Assembly (NCBI GenBank): GCA_964465205.1
Contig: CAYXJO010000007.1
Location: 5,228 to 69,227, forward strand
Reading direction: 5' to 3'
Source: an uncultured Gammaproteobacteria bacterium
GTDB lineage: Bacteria; Patescibacteriota; Patescibacteriia; Magasanikbacterales; GWA2-37-8
Length of the DNA: 64,000 nt
A program made the position numbers and the translations under genes. Under the pieces are notes generated by a model, which was not told where the DNA came from, searched no databases, and was given only the letters and a program-made list of their open reading frames with translations. Positions 63,555 to 64,000 of the stretch are shown one piece after another. How positions within the stretch are numbered: the stretch's first letter is position 1; each line of letters begins with the position of its first letter.

Positions 63555-64000
63555 TTATTCACGCAGTAATGAATCAGTAATTTTGGTGATTGTTTCATTT
63601 AAAACTTTCATTTCCTCCTGCGAAAACTTGCCCAGCACAAAATCTGCTTTGTCATCGTATTTTTCCATCTCGGGCGTGGCGATACCGATGCGAATGCGAC
63701 GGAAATTTTGCGTGCTTAAGTGTTCGATGATAGATTTAATACCATTGTGTCCGGCAGCACTACGATCAATTTGGTCGCGATATTCACCCAAGGGGATGTC
63801 TTTGTCGTCGTGAATGATAATAGTATTTTCTGGTTTGAGCTTATAAAAATCAACTAGCGTCCGAACCGCCACGCCCGACTCATTCATAAATGTTTGTGGT
63901 TTGGCTAAAATAATTTCAGTATTTTTCGCTGTCTCCGCTTTCATTTTTTTGTCTAATTTGAGCTTTAGGTTTAAGTTTTTGGCCAATTGATCCATGCATA
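63555..64000 (-). CDS. pth: Peptidyl-tRNA hydrolase (5' end lies beyond the window)
   Basis: QTFMNESGVAVRTLVDFYKLKPENTIIIHDDKDIPLGEYRDQIDRSAAGHNGIKSIIEHLSTQNFRRIRIGIATP matches Pth. The ORF is open to the window edge. Confidence 0.85.
   Translation of the reverse strand, partial: CMDQLAKNLNLKLKLDKKMKAETAKNTEIILAKPQTFMNESGVAVRTLVDFYKLKPENTIIIHDDKDIPLGEYRDQIDRSAAGHNGIKSIIEHLSTQNFRRIRIGIATPEMEKYDDKADFVLGKFSQEEMKVLNETITKITDSLLRE

Noticed and set aside
1-64000. CRISPR arrays, rRNA genes, integrases or transposases
   Set aside because: No spacer-repeat periodicity, rRNA-like conserved blocks or integrase/transposase ORFs were seen. The only short tandem repeat is the 2 x 18 bp duplication at 16672-16707.

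Overview
This 64 kb window looks like a low-GC, CPR/Patescibacteria-type bacterial genome segment read with the standard genetic code. The reasons are a ribosomal protein cluster with no rpmD (L30) between rpsE and rplO, a solitary rplA, DUF4012/GT4 cell-envelope genes, and many small or extended ribosomal proteins.

The main features are:
- an envelope/sugar block (surface protein, DUF4012 protein, GT4 glycosyltransferase, short pyruvate kinase, phosphopentomutase), then rplA and an acyltransferase/deacetylase pair;
- trpS, rlmH and tgt, with two small promoter-equipped ORFs between rlmH and tgt;
- a GC-rich Cys/Asp-rich lipoprotein gene, a membrane-anchored ClpB-like AAA+ protein with only the first nucleotide-binding domain, a surface protein and a UvrD/PcrA helicase;
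- two tandem HPS/KGPDC-family paralogs next to a PH-domain membrane protein and an SPFH protein;
- an AT-rich co-directional cluster of a HAD hydrolase, a P-loop kinase, an HD hydrolase, a LMW phosphatase and a 346-aa hypothetical;
- the str operon (rpsL-rpsG-fusA ... tuf), interrupted by purF and an acidic YefM-like protein, followed by the S10/spc cluster (rpsJ to secY), a reverse-oriented insert gene, then adk-map-ruvX-recO-asnS;
- a metallophosphoesterase, a Cas4-like PD-(D/E)XK nuclease, tRNA-Leu(CAA), parAB, rel, topA, dprA and the start of pth.

The strongest novel signal is a family of five roughly 100-nt structured repeat elements at 11740, 21972, 24470, 34990 and 52586. Each has a conserved two-hairpin core (GCGA tetraloop hairpin, then a second hairpin, then AACCCGC) with compensatory base changes, nested in a copy-specific 15-20 bp outer stem and placed immediately 3' of a gene where a terminator would sit.

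Other leads are an operator-like perfect palindrome and leader attenuator upstream of rplC, a perfect-promoter insert gene between secY and adk, the ClpB fragment, the phospho-enzyme cluster with nested inverted repeats, and an in-frame TAA inside the first gene. No CRISPR arrays, rRNA genes or integrases were seen. Hand-derived coordinates are within about 2 nt.
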